DNA of 64,000 bases. Source: Octopus vulgaris. Taxonomy: Eukaryota. The stretch is taken from NCBI GenBank assembly GCA_951406725.2, contig OX597822.1, positions 16,802,001 to 16,866,000 on the forward strand, read 5' to 3'. Made by a program: the position numbers and the translations under genes. The number at the start of each line of letters is the position of its first letter. Within the stretch, counting starts at the first letter, position 1. This document shows, piece by piece, positions 42,100-56,290 of the stretch. The notes below the pieces were generated by a model, which worked only from the letters and a program-made list of their open reading frames with translations, was not told where the DNA came from and did no database searches.

Positions 42100-45000
42100 T
42101 CGTTTTCTCTTTTTGTTACAGATTTATGCTTAAAATGGTGTCGTCTTTCATACTGACCATTCTTGCCACATTTACCCATTTTTTACTGAAACTTTCATTC
42201 GACAGTACTTTCCTCTCTATTCTCATCCTCCTTTTCAAGTGGTACTTGAAAAAGTTGACGTGAGGCTGGCCAGAGAGGAAAGTGTTTGTTTGTAGGCCTT
42301 TCAAACGCATCCACCACACGCACTCTTTCGTCATAGCTATCAGTGTTACGAAAAACGTTTTTCCTTCCCGTTTAAAGGAAGGTGGTGGAACAATATTCAC
42401 GATAGACTCGGCTGATAAGCGGGCCCGTCCCACACGCGACACCAGCTCTGAAATATCTGGACACTGCACGAGTACGTGCAGAACGGTTTCGTCGCTCTGA
42501 CCGCATCTCGGGCAGATCGGTCTGGTGGTCTTCGAACCGTGTCTGTAGCTCTTCTCTCGAACTGGTAGTGTGTCTCGAGCAATTCGCGCCCCTGTTCATC
42601 TGTAAGTGACCTGATGGTGGCTCTGTTGCCTCGTTGCGTCTACACCACTCGGGCTTCTTGGGCGGCTCCAACTCCTTCGTTCCTCAGAGCACGCATCCTA
42701 GGTCGAGGGCCAACCTCGCCGCCAGTACGTTGGACGCGATGTCAGTTCTAAGTTCCTCTTCTTAACTAAGTCTCCCTCTATTCTATTTCGGTCTAATGCT
42801 ATGGCCTTACTGTACCTGACCGATTCTGCTTTAATTGCTTTCTTTAGAGCATAGCACCATCTGTTGTTAATGATGGCACCCGTCAATGCTCTCTTAACTA
42901 ACGTGCTAATCCTGTGCTAAGCCTGTCGTGCCGTGAAAGACGCATTCAGCTTCCAGTAACCAGGACCCTGCCTATGTGTCTTATCTAAGTCAAGTGTACA
43001 AGTCACAAATTTGTGGTCTGTGTAGCTGACTATATGAAATTGTGGACAACCTACACTATTTTTATCTACTGTCCTACAGAATACTCTAAGTACGATCTGG
43101 ACGACCCGATGCGGTTACTCCATATCCACATAGGCACATTCGGGTGGTCCAGTCGGTACCTGTCAGACAGTTGGAAACATCTGAGCAGGTCTTTGAGGCA
43201 TTTGCATCCCCTCCTATTACTATCTCTGCCCACGTAGTCTAGATGCGTGTCCAGGGTGGCGTTCCAATCCCCCACTAAAAGTAAAGGTCGAGACGTTCCC
43301 ATGAAAACCTTTAGACGTCGAAAGAAATGTGGTCGGCCTGTTAAGGACGGTGCATAGACTGTTATCAGTCGAAAAGCACACTCATTGCTGCTATCGACAT
43401 CCAAAACGACCAGCCTACCCTCCGGGTCTAGGAAAATTGCTCTTACTTTGAGGTCCAGACTCTTCCGCAGAAGCACCACGGTGCCACCTCCGCCCATTCT
43501 CGGTAGACACGGAGAAAAATAAATGTCGAAATGTGTGCCGAACATGTGCTTGAGTGCCCGCAAGCTGTGGAGTCTGGTCTCATTGATGGCTATGATATGC
43601 AGATTTTGTGACTTGATGTCGTTTAACAGGTAGCCTTGTTTCCAAGGCGACCCCAAGCCACGTACATTTATACTGCCTATTTTGAGCATGTTCCTATCGA
43701 AAGTTGTGTTTTACACACGAAAGGAAGATGAAAAAGAAAGAGAGAGAGAGTCACTTACTGTCCAAAAGTTCTTTGTTCTTCACCTCACAGTCTTCTCCCA
43801 TGAGGTTTTTGTACAGTTTTTTCGACAAATATTTTTGAAATCTCCCAAATGCATCAGGGTAGAGAGAGTTCAGGGTGCTGTGCGTGTTCTGTGTTATGTG
43901 TATGATTTTAATGTGTTGCGGTGGTGTTGTGCGTGGGTGATTCTTTGTTTTGGTATCATTTTCGGTTATGTTGGTGTTTGACCTAATGTATTCCATTAGG
44001 TCGGGGCTGTTGGTGTTTATGGCTGTCAACATTGTTGGGGGTTGGGGGTTTTGGTGGTAGTGTGTTTGTTTTCAGCGGATGTTTTAGTTTCGGGAGTGGT
44101 GAACCTCCCTGCTTTGTTTCTCTATTCTTTTTTTTCCCCTTTTTCTCCTTCCCCCTGTGGCCACTTGCCAATCCTCTGTGTCGTCTTCATCTAATGACAT
44201 GTCAGAGGAATCAGGGTGTGGGAGGGGAAGTGTATTGGGGTCTATTTTTGACTATGTTGACTTTGTTGTTGGTGTTGGTGCTGTTTGGTGACTGTTAGGG
44301 TGTGGTGTATGGGTTTTGGGGGGTGGGGTATGAGTCTTTTGTGTTTGTGTGCTTGTAGGTATTGTTGTCGTGTTTGGGGGGGGGATTGGAAGTAATAATT
44401 GTCTCTTCTTCATTCTGGGTGCTTGTCTTTTTGGTAGTTGTTCTTGGTTTTGGAGTTGGTTTATCTTTTAGTTGTTGTTGGTGGTGTTATTTATGTTCCT
44501 GGTGCAGGTGGTGGTGTTGTTTGGTTGGGTTGGGTTGGTTCAGTCGCGCATACTGTGGTGTGGGTAATAATGCTGGCTTTTTTTGTTTTTCCTGCGGCTG
44601 TTGTTGTTGCTGTTGTTTCGCGGCAGATTTGCAATCCTTTTTAAGGTGTGCTTCACTGTCGTGGTCTTCTGCCCTCGACTACTACACATAATTTGTGGTC
44701 CTCTGATAGATGTATATGGGTGGGTATTTTGTTAATGGCGTCTTGGTTTATGTGGAGAAGAATTTCTAGTCTCTTTCCCACCTAGTTTTTGTGTTCAGTG
44801 ACAGCGATATGTAGGATATTTATGTCCTCCATTTCGACACATATGGCCGAAATTACCCATATTGTGTCTGCTATTTGAGGAACATTATTGATTATGACTT
44901 TTGTTACCCTCTGGCCAAAGTAGATGGGTATCATTATGAGTTCGTCTGAATGAAGAGTTAGCGTTGAGAATTCTTTTGCTAACTCTTCATTTTGAAAAAC

Positions 45001-46150
45001 TATCTGTACGTGGGCAAACTTGTTCAACCAAGTTACATACTCTTTGTATCCCCAGATAGGGCGTAGGCATTTTTCGATTTTGTCTGTGATTGCTTTTTCT
45101 GGACTTTTTGTTGTGCTGTTTATTATTTTATATATAATTGTTTTCTTTTTTTCGTCATCCAGTACGTGTTGTGGTATATTTAGTTGCACTTTGCCATTTT
45201 CTTTGGTGATTAATGCTTTAGTATCTTTTATCTGCTGTGCAGTAAACGATACTATTGTCTTTTTTTTCTTTTATCGCCTCGGCGAAGTTTGTTATTGTTT
45301 TGTTATTGTTGTTGCTGGTGGTGGTGTTGGTGTTGATAGCAGTTGGTATATTCGGTGTATTGTTGTTGATTATGCAACTAGGAAGGGGTGGAAAATTGTT
45401 TGCATAATTTGCCCCTGCGTTTGAGCAAATTTCGGCATTTCGTTTGGTGGTCGCGGCTTTTTTTCTCTCCTTCAGTTGTTGGTGGTGGTGGAGGAAGCAA
45501 GGGCTGAAGGGAATTGTTGTTGTTGTTGTTGTTTGTTGTGGCAGTGGAGGTGGTAGATGTGTCAGTTTTGGTGGGTGGGGATGACAGGGCTATCAAGGGT
45601 TGTAGGAATAGCCTTGTTGTTGACAGCAATGTCCCTTTCATACTTTTTTCTTGACTTCACGTTATTCAGCAAATCGTCCATTCTCTCTTCTGTCGTTCCC
45701 AGACGGGGAAAATCCTCGTCAGAGAAATGTGACGAATACTGCTCAATAATTAAATTTCTCCACATTTTTATTATCGAGAAATAAATTTTAATAATAAAGA
45801 GGTGATGAAAATGCCCCTAGGGGCGAATTTCACGCTTAAAAATACCCAAATGAAAGTTGGGCGCCTCAAAACTTCAAAAGCTTCGAAAGGCAAAATGTAA
45901 ACAAAACGTCAAGATGATACGCTTACACGTTAGACGAAACGCTACAGCGACATATGTAAAAATCTGTAGAAGCAAAATTTTGATATGAAAACAGGGTTGA
46001 AATTGCCCCTAGGGGCAAATTCTCCTCCGGAAAACACACCCAGCTTTCGACTGGGTGTCTTACACACCTCGTGTGCGAAAATTTGAAACAAAACTTTTCC
46101 AATAAAGCAATAATAATGGCGATTAACTTACGAGCCGATCCAACAACACT
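42100..46150 (-). mobile_element. Tx1/L1-like LINE, near full length, with decayed ORF1 and internally deleted ORF2
   Basis: ORF1 pieces 45765 to ~43700 (VVVEGRRPR...HLKKDC broken zinc knuckle), APE domain, then a jump to the CPRCGQSDETVLH zinc finger and stop at 42116. No RT core seen. 5' end abuts (TATC)n. Confidence 0.85.
43066..43689 (-). pseudogene. LINE ORF2 apurinic-type endonuclease domain
   Basis: SINVRGL, INETRL, DPEGRLVVLDV, ITVYAP and VGDWNATLD motifs. Confidence 0.9.
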
Positions 46151-46152
46151 AT

Positions 46153-46181
46153 CGATAGATAGAAAGATTGATAGAAAGATT

Positions 46182-46272
<91 letters not shown>

Positions 46273-46305
46273 GGATGGATGGATCGATGGATGGATGGAT
46301 GGATG

Positions 46306-46376
<71 letters not shown>
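46153..46376. repeat. Compound (GATA)n(GATG)n(GATA)n array
   Basis: Directly visible; the same layout recurs at 47747-47920. Confidence 0.95.
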
Positions 46377-46378
<2 letters not shown>

Positions 46379-47745
46379 GTTTCTTTATTGGCCACACAGG
46401 GCTGCACACAGATGGGACAAGTTACAAGGTAGAGCTTTTCTTTTGGGGATGAAAAAAAACAAAAGAAACAAAAAAAAGAAAGGTGGTGTAGGTTTTCGAT
46501 CAAAAGGGATCGTAAACGAGAAAAAAGAACAAAAAAAAGAAAAGAAAAAGGGAAAAAGGAAGAGGAACAAAAGAAAAGAAAAATGGAGAAAGAAGATAAA
46601 AGAGGAAAAAAGGGGAAGAGGAAAAAAAACGATCAATAGGGATCATGTATCACAGTGTCATGATGTATGGTGTAAAGGGGAAAGCAAGTAAGGTTTATCC
46701 GTGGGAAGAAAAGCCTACGAAAAAGACCACGGTAACCTTGGTCAATATTGTTATATGTTACCACATTTGTTTGCAAGTGGGTAACCCTCTGTTTTCAATT
46801 TCTGGGTTCATAGGATTATGCTCAAGGTGGCTTCGTCATTCATACGTGCCAGCCATCCTTGCTACATTTACCCATCTGTTTTTAAAACATTCGCTCGACA
46901 AAACTTGCCTCTCTACTCCCACTTTCCTTTTTAAGTGATACTTGAAGAAGTTGATGAGAGATTGACCAGAGAGGAAAGTGTTTGTCTCCAATCCTTTCAG
47001 ACGCGTCCACCAAATACATTCTTTCGCCGTAGCCACAAGTACAAGGAAAATAGCTCTTCCTTCACATTGACGATAGACTCGGCTGATAAACCGACACGTC
47101 CCACGCGTGACAGCAGTTGTTCGACATAAGCCCACAGGACGGAAATTGTTGGACACTGCACGAGTGCGTGCAGAACGGTTTCGTCACTCTGACCGCATCT
47201 CGGGCAGGTCGGCCCCGTGTTTCCCGAGCCGTGTCTGTAGAGCTTATCCCAAACGGGTAGCGCTTCTCGGTAGCACTGCCAGGCCAGAGATCTCTGGAAG
47301 TTGTCCATGGGCCCTGGCCCGAAAGTCGTCCCGAACAGGCGGGTTAGGTATTCCTCGTCGATGTCCAGGTTCGCCCCGAGCTCGTCGTCGTACCTCCTCT
47401 CCACTAATCCCCTATAGAATGCTTTGGTTGTGTTGAAGTCACTCAAGGTCGCCCCTGGACGGCATAGTTGCTTGAGAACAACGCGACACTCGCGGTGCCA
47501 TTCGCCCTTCCTCGGCCTCTTTTTGATCCACGACTGCAGTTCGGTCATGGAGACGAGTTGCGGGAAAGCGTGCCTCACAAACGGCGACCACACCTGTTCA
47601 CCGTCGTCTACGTAGAGTCTGAGATGTCGCAGTCTCAGCGCGTGTCTGCGCATCATCAACCACGGCATGCCCAGTCCTCCTTTTAACGGGTGTTGACAGC
47701 AAATGGATCGCCTAACCATCGGGACGCATCCTTTCCACAATAAAC
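46377..47745 (-). mobile_element. Tx1/L1-like LINE 3' fragment inserted in (GATA)n
   Basis: LWKG...GGLGMP...CPRCGQSDETVLHALVQCP (zf-RVT-like). The 3' UTR ends CCCTGTGTGGCCAATAAAGAAACT and runs straight into (TATC)n. Confidence 0.9.
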
Positions 47746-47746
47746 A

Positions 47747-47820
<74 letters not shown>

Positions 47821-47837
47821 GGATGGATGGATGGATG

Positions 47838-47921
<84 letters not shown>

Positions 47922-48451
47922 CGAGTGTGTAAATGTGTCTGTTTTACTCTCACATTGCAATTACAAATCTATATTTCAAAGTGGATAGTTTATCTTTACT
48001 TGGTTGCATGCAAAAATGTATAAGCAAAAGAGATGGCAGGTGGGGGGGGGGGGGGGGGGAACAGTTGAAAAGAAAGACACGGAGATAGAAACAAAAAACA
48101 AAACACAAATATGTACAGAGAAAGACAGAATGAAAGAGAGAACAAAGAGAGTAAGAGCATTAAATGTGGCGAAGAGACACAGATGGAGAGTGTGTTTCAA
48201 ATAGATTTTCAGCCGCTTTTGTTCCATCTTCCAACAATTATTATATAATAATACATGAACAAAGGCCAATTTTTCCCCCTTTTTTTGTTTGGAACATGTT
48301 TAGAATTTCACTGAAAATAAATTCCTCCGGCGTCATATGACAATAATTCATAGCATTACCAGAATATAGTAATGGTCACAAAGGAGAAAAATTCTAATAA
48401 AAATATGTGTGTGTATATACACACTCAGACAACTACATACATGTATACATG

Positions 48452-48519
<68 letters not shown>

Positions 48520-48586
48520 TGTGTGTGTGTTTGTGTGTGTGTGTATACATGTATATAAAAACATGTATTCATGCATATATACATAA

Positions 48587-48640
<54 letters not shown>

Positions 48641-48682
48641 TCATGTATATGCATATACATATGCACATATATATACACACGC

Positions 48683-48733
<51 letters not shown>

Positions 48734-51265
48734 TACGCATATGCTTACATATATATATATATATACATAGAGAAAGAGAGAGTGAGAGTGAGTGAAAAAA
48801 GAGTGATGTGCCTGTTTATATATCTATATATATATATGTGTGTGTGTGTATGTATAAGTGTTTATACGTATATTGCTTTTTATCCGAGATGAAAAGAAAC
48901 TTATTGAATAACGCTCGTATTCAGCAGACATATTTGTAATAATGGCTGTGTGCGTTTCAATATCAATGGTATCTATAGGCACTACAGATATAGATATGCA
49001 TGTTTGCATATGTATGTGTGTGTATTAATGTATTTATGTATGTATGCATGTGTCTGTGAGTGTGTGTATGTGTGTGTGTTGTTTAGTAAGCAAAACGTAA
49101 CCTTGATACTTTCTCCAAAGCAGACGTCAACTTATTGAATGCTTCATGCGCGGCTTAAAATAAAGCAACCGCTAAGGAAGTGGAAGTAATTAAGATAGTG
49201 TACCATAATGAGAAAAGTAATTAATCCACGTTTGGTTCAGGCATAATTTTTCTCCTTTTTTTTCCCCCTCATAAAAGAAGTTGCCAGCAATTTCTGATCA
49301 GAGAAATAAAAGTGACTTTGTCTTTGTTGGTTGTTAATTGAACTTCAGAATGCAACGGGTTAGTTGCACGCTCGCATTAATTAATAGCTGTAAGTTTTAG
49401 AACGCGCCGAATATTGATAAATCGATGGGCGTGATTAAGTAGGTCAGATCACATTTTGGAGAATTTTGAAGAAAAGGGTAAGCTTTTGTTATTTCAGAAT
49501 CGTTAGGACATCTGTCAAAACGCTTTGCAGGTTTTGTTCCAACTCTTAAAGTTCAGAGATCAAATCTCATCGATGTTCGCTTTGGCTTTCACCTTTTCGG
49601 AGTCGATAAAATACCAGTCAAAAACTGGGAGCGTTGCTGGCTTGGTACTAAATTTAGGAGGAACTATTCCAGAATAGCTAAAGCGTCTAATGAAATGCCT
49701 TCAGTTGTGCTAAGAAACTCTCAAGGGAGCTTAACAGCTGAAGGTCTTCAGAGAAGAAACCTTGCTCAGGCAAGTGTTTTGGTCCTTAACTTCTTACACC
49801 ATAAGGAGCCAAGCCGCATCCAAGTCATGATTCCTGGGTGCGCTTTTCTGCTGACACTTTTTAGTCACTAGGATATGGGAAACTTATGCATTGGAGATTT
49901 CCTTTAGTTGTAACTCGTCCCTGTTGACTCGGCTTTCAACCCTTATACTTAAAGAAGAAATAATGCTGGTTGTCATGGTAGCGGTGAAGCATCAACGCTA
50001 CAACAATGACTCCGAGTTATTTTCCTTTGCTTTAAAATTCGAAAATATTGCCTTCAAGCAATATTGAAGTAATTCTTGTTCCTCCCCGACCAGGTTCACT
50101 CTCCACTGTCTGATATTGCTGCTATTACGGTTCTTAACACTCTGGGGTCAAATGCCACTGAGGTTCGCTTTAGTTTTCATCCTTCGGAGGTCGATAAGTA
50201 AAGTATCAATAAAATAAAAGAACTCGTATCGATTGCTATCCCACAAAATTTCTGGTCTTGTGCCTATATTAGAAACGTTTTGTTTTTTTTTTAATTTTGT
50301 TTCTTTATCAACTATTCTTCTTACTTCTCTGATCATCCATCCAACAAGGGTTTGGTTTAACGTTAGATTTATAATAATGTTATTTGTGAGGCTAGAAAAG
50401 AATTTGAAAGACGGAAAATAGCATTAAGAAAGTTGCGAGAATTATCTGATAAGAGTTGCAAGGTGAGCGTTCGTGCTGTGACTCCCAAAGGTAGGTAATT
50501 AGTTAAAGTATCAAATCAGCTGATGTTTTGAGTAGGTTTGCGGAGAAAAAGAATTACTGGTCGCCGAAATTACACAATCAACTTAAGTAGTTTTTAAAGT
50601 CAAGAAAAGGTCAAAAATGTTAATCGTGATCTAAAGCCGAAGTTGTGAACTGAATGAAAGGTTTTTACGATGTTTTAATCTTTATTTTATAACTGAACAC
50701 TTGGCTGATGATATAAATTAACTCTTTGAACTGAGAGCAAGCTTAGTCTAGTTGAAAATCGATATTTAGATGCTGATCTGGCGAAAAACTGATTTCTCTG
50801 ATGATGTTAGCATGAAAATATCGGAGAAAATGGAAACTTAGAGAAAACGCATAGATTTCATGCGGCATTTCTCTCAGATTGGAGAATCTTAAATAGAGTG
50901 ATAGAACCATCCTGTTGTCTATAGAAATGCAATACTATTGTAGGTCAACACATAAATAGAAAAGAAAATGTGAATAACCACAAGAAAAGAAATAAAGAAA
51001 ATAACAAAAGCAGAGAAGCTGAAATTGTACGATTAGAATTAAGTATTTGATTTTTATACTTAAATTATGAAAAGTATATTTCATAAATAGATACTGACAA
51101 AAATTCGATAGTTGAAAGCTCCCAATTTTTAATTCATTCAAATAAAGTCTATTTAAGAGATAACACTCACGGTGAAGAATGGAAAATGATGGAATCAATT
51201 ACAGAAATAGTTTATACGAGAAGAGTATTTTAAATGACAAATAAAACTAGTTTCTTTTCTTTCCT

Positions 51266-51333
<68 letters not shown>

Positions 51334-52224
51334 TCCCTCCCTTCTTCCCTTTTTTCACCTATTATGTTTTGAAATTGTCTTTTTTGTTACTTTTATTTTG
51401 TATTGTTTATTTTTCTAACTAATCCAATAAGTCTCACAAATTTTCAGTTCTTTTCTTCCTTTTCTCTGAATCGCTCTTCTGAGGTTTTTTCTGATTCGTT
51501 AGCGCTGTTTGTTTTACGGATTCCAGAGTGCGACATTTTTTGTCGAAGGAAGAATACTAAACTCAACACGAATACATCTTCGTTGAGAAGTAAAATTAAT
51601 TCAGTTAACACGATCTCTAGCAACTACAACAGCAACAGCAACAGCAGCTGCTGAGAAATCAAATTGATCTAATTACTGAGGCAGACAATTTGTTGCAAAC
51701 AATAAGTTGATTCAGTTTTCTTAATTTTGCCTTCTTTTTTTTTTAAAGATAAATTAACATAAAATGAGACTTTAAGAATTGTTTTCGTGACTTTACGCCT
51801 GATTTCTAACAACGTAGCCAGCTCTGTGCGGTCCAAGTCATGACAACATTATTTCGAAGGATTGGGTAGAGGTGGAAAATGGTTTGGAGTAGTTCTTTGC
51901 TTCGAAACTAGAAGGAATGGAAAATTTGCGAATTAGCTGGGATTCTGTTGTGAATAACGAGAGGAAAGATTATCCTGATCGAATGTACCAACATCAAAGT
52001 AGCATTTGTGTCTCTCCAGGACTTTCTTTCCAACCAAATATTTTCCTCAAAATAGAAATATTTCTAAAATCGTCTTGAAATAAAAATGTGCAACGAATGC
52101 CTAAGTGCGCATGCGCGTCTCTCTCTTTCTCTCCCCCTCTCTCGTTTATATGTACATATGTGTGTGAGCTAGCTCTCTATGTGCGTTTGTGTGTGTGTGT
52201 ATATGTGTGTGTGTATGTGTGTGA

Positions 52225-52588
52225 GCAGGAGCAGTAAAGATACAATCAGCTGTGCCCCTGGAGGAACGAAAACCACACTGAAACTCAGACACTATATTTG
52301 GAACTATAAAGACACTATTTAAACGTTCAACTATTCTGCCTATATGGCTGTGCACACCTTTGAATGCAGTGTATGCCAGAAGGTTTGCAAACCCAACGGA
52401 GACCTCAAAAGACATTTTAAGATCCACAAAGATCAGAATCTATCTGCAGCTCTTGGTGGTCCAAATCGGAGGTGCAATCTATGTGGGTGTCTTTTCAGAA
52501 CATTGTCTGGTTTAAAAAGCCATATCAGATGCCATGATGGGGCTAAGGTGTAGGTACAGGAGGTGGTCAAACTCTGCATAAGGAGTAG

Positions 52589-52593
<5 letters not shown>
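52225..52593. mobile_element. RTE/BovB-like LINE fragment with inverted 5' piece
   Basis: Minus strand SEFQCGFRSSRGTADCIFTA (RT) joined to plus-strand double C2H2 finger CSVC..H..H / CNLC..H..H, stop codon, short UTR, then (AT)n. Confidence 0.7.
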
Positions 52594-52685
<92 letters not shown>

Positions 52686-52707
52686 ATACATATATACATA
52701 TATATAT

Positions 52708-52751
<44 letters not shown>

Positions 52752-52753
<2 letters not shown>

Positions 52754-53055
52754 AGGCGCAATGGCCTAATGGTTAGGGCAGCGGACTCGCGGTCGTAAGA
52801 TCGCGGTTTCGATTCCCAGACCGTGCGTTGTGAGTGTTTATTGAGCGAAAACACCTAAAAGCTCCACGAGGCTCCGGCAGGGGGTGGTGATACCTGCTGT
52901 ACTCTTTCACCACTCTTTCTCCCACTCTTTCTTCTGTTGGCCTGCTCGCTTAGCCAGCGGGGTGGCGTCATTCGAAGGCTAAAACTATGCGAATGCATTG
53001 TGACCAGCGATGTGTAACTACATCTGATGGACTGGTCGATCAGGTGATCAGGTGA
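52752..53055 (+). mobile_element. SINE family A, tail type 3
   Basis: Intact A and B boxes; tail ...CATCTGATGGACTGGTCGATCAGGTGATCAGGTGA; sits within (TA)n. Confidence 0.9.
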
Positions 53056-53105
53056 TATATATATAAATACATATATATATACACACACACACATACATAC
53101 ATTCA

Positions 53106-53141
<36 letters not shown>

Positions 53142-53194
53142 TATATATACACACACACACATATATATATGATGTAAACGCTTACGTATATATA

Positions 53195-53584
53195 GACGAA
53201 GGAGTGGCTGTGGGGTAAGTAGCTTGCTTACCAGCCACATGGTCCCGGGTTCAGTCCCACTGCGTGGCACACTGAGCAAGTCTTCTACAATAGCTTCGGA
53301 CCGACCAAAGCCTTGTAATTTGGTAGACGGAAACTGGAAGAAGCCCGTCATATATGTATATGTATGTGTGTATATATGTTTGTGTGTCTGTCCTCCCAAC
53401 ATCGCTTGACAACCGATGCTGGCGTGTTTGCATCCCCGTAACTTAGCGGTTCGGTAAAGGAGGCTGATAGAATAAGTACTAGGCTTACAAAGAATAAGCT
53501 CTGGGGTCGATTTGTTCGACTAAGGGTGGTGCTCCAGTATGGCCGCAGTCAAATTACTGTAACAAGTAAAAGAGTAAAAGAGTA
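53195..53584 (+). mobile_element. SINE family B
   Basis: Full head to AAAAGAGT tail repeat. Confidence 0.9.
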
Positions 53585-53639
53585 TATATATATAACTTAG
53601 ATAACTTAGATTGTAGATAACTTAGATTGGTTTCGGCCA

Positions 53640-54090
53640 TTATTGGCCCAGGCCATGACTAACTCAATAACACCTGGAAAAGTCTTTTAGTTAATTATTT
53701 CGGGACACTCAAGCAGAGTGTTGTTGTTGGTTGAGACGTATCCGGGTGTAGGTGTCTTATCCGGTATTTCCTGGAGGAATTTGTCCAGGTACCGTTTGGA
53801 AGTTGTGGAGTCTTTTTCTACTTTAATTTCTTTCAGGATAACATTGAAAAGAGCAGGACCATTTGCAGTGAAGAAATTGTGTCGCAATGTTCTTATGTGA
53901 TGTGATCTGGACGTTTGTAGGGGACGCATTGCACGGGGGCCTAGTCTTGGTTGAATTGTAAACATAATACCGTATCGCTCACGGTTGCGTTGCGGAGAAT
54001 AGAGCTTCAGCTGTTTAATACGGGCCCAGTAATCAAGTCCCATCATGCCATTTATTCTTTTGTGATTGATCTTTGTGGCGCTTCGTTCCT
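53640..54090 (-). mobile_element. CR1-like LINE 3' end relic
   Basis: GLDYWARIKQLKLYSPQRNRERY...GPALFN...LDKFLQEIPDKTPTPGY, typical of the C-terminus of CR1-group ORF2. Confidence 0.75.
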
Positions 54091-54122
54091 CATGCATGTA
54101 TGTATGTATGTGAGTATGTGTG

Positions 54123-54177
<55 letters not shown>

Positions 54178-54633
54178 GTGTGTATGTATGTATGTATTAT
54201 TATTAACTACTTGTATTATATGGCAGTGTGTATGGTTCGCTCTTGCCAAACGTATAAATACGTATAAGTACATATATGTGTATTCAAATTCTTTTACTAT
54301 TAATGCCTGCTATATATTGTGTGTGTATGTGTGTATGTGTGTACGTTTGTGTGTGTATGTATTTGTATATAGAGGCGTGAATGCGCGTATATTCTCCTGA
54401 GTGGGAAGGTGTATCTGCTTACACAAGTATATATACACAAGAATATACTTATTTACTCTGTATTTACATTGTTTACGCTTCGCTATTTCTTCTTCTAATC
54501 CGCTTCGTTGCACTGCGTTGATGTGTTCATTTTTTTAAATATTATCTCGCATAACCATACAAAGCTTATGTGTTCCTCTAGTACATACATACATATACAT
54601 ACACATATATACATACATACATACATACATACA

Positions 54634-54717
<84 letters not shown>

Positions 54718-54948
54718 GATATATGTATGTATGTATACATATATGTATATATACATACATATTTATATGTATATTTAAGGAAGAGAGAAACGCCACAATA
54801 TATATATTGGCAATGAGGAGTGTCTGTGTGTGTAAAGAGAAAAGCGAATGTATATATTCAATACATATTTACATCACCAGTCTTATATTTACATAACTAG
54901 TTATGTATATTACTTATTCCTTCTCCTTCTCTCTCTCCCTCTCTCTCT

Positions 54949-55043
<95 letters not shown>

Positions 55044-55442
55044 TCACTCGGTCATTCTTTCACTCACTCTATATTTTTATGATTATTAGAAGATTCGTAA
55101 ATCGTTATTCCGACTTTCACGTCACCGTTTATTCATTCGTAGCAGCCACCTTCCTGAATAACGGTATTCGCGGTTTGGGCTCTTTTCTTTTCTCCCTTTT
55201 ATGCTTTCATATTTTATCTCAGGCAATCGCAAAGTTATTATTTGGAGTGGAGGCTATTTTCTCCAGTTGGCATTCAGAAACAGGCATATCTGTGGTGTTG
55301 CAAGCGTGGCTCTGTGGTAAGAATTTTGCTTCCCAGCCACATGGTTCCTGGTTCAGTCCCACTAGGCAGTAACAAATGTCGTCTACTATAGCCTCGGGTC
55401 GATCAAAGCCTTGAGAATTGACACCGGAACCGGAAGCCCCTC

Positions 55443-55494
<52 letters not shown>

Positions 55495-55496
<2 letters not shown>

Positions 55497-55534
55497 GTCA
55501 CTAAAGTGACAAGAGGTTGTCACTTTAGTGACGT
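55495..55534. repeat. Perfect 18-bp hairpin with 4-nt loop
   Basis: ACGTCACTAAAGTGACAA-GAGG-TTGTCACTTTAGTGACGT at the edge of (TA)n. Confidence 0.9.
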
Positions 55535-55590
55535 CTATAAATTTGCCTTTAGGTTGTTAAATTGCTAATTAGGCACCCATATTATTTGCA

Positions 55591-55633
<43 letters not shown>

Positions 55634-55869
55634 ATATATACGCAATGCTTCGTTTACACGTGTGTCAGGATTAAAAGTTCTTCCACAACACTCATACTCA
55701 CTGGATTTAGCACCAACTTGCTTCAGTCGTTAAAGTTCTTTATAGGCTGCAGGACAGTCAGAAACAAAGATGTTTAAAATGGTAAGTATTTTCCGCGGAA
55801 ATAATATATATATGTATGCATAAATATATGTATTTTAAAAATTCCAAAAATATCAACTAGATTATGACT

Positions 55870-56290
55870 GGGAAATAACAGTTTACTCAAAATAGTCGCC
55901 CTCAGCTTCTACCACGACTTCATGACGCATGCATTGCAGGCGCATGCATTCCTCTTCGAACGCTTCCTTGATCTTGGTCACGAGCGCGGCCATGCGTGGC
56001 TGCATGCAGAGCGATTGGTGTCTTCTTCAACGGCGCCCTGCTTAGAGTATTCCATAGGATTACACTCGAAGGAATTGAGAGGCCAGACATTAGAGATAGC
56101 GAAGTCGTACAAATTCTCTTACAAGTACTTCTGACTCTTTCCTGTGGCATGGGAAGGAGTTGAATCCTTATTCCACTCATATAGCCTTCCATCAGCAACC
56201 CCCCTCCAGCCAGGGTTTAACCGCAATCTCCAGCATCTTTACACAGCTGCCTAAATTGAGCCTAAGGCCCTGATCAAGGATGTGGAGACG
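55870..56290 (-). pseudogene. Tc1/mariner (maT-like) transposase relic
   Basis: DSTPSH...SQKYL...VWPLNSFECNPMEY..GAVEEDTN resembles QDxAPxH...WPPxSPDxNPLDY. Confidence 0.7.

Noticed and set aside
52752-52825. tRNA gene
   Set aside because: A and B boxes continue into a multicopy SINE body; no proper cloverleaf or terminator.
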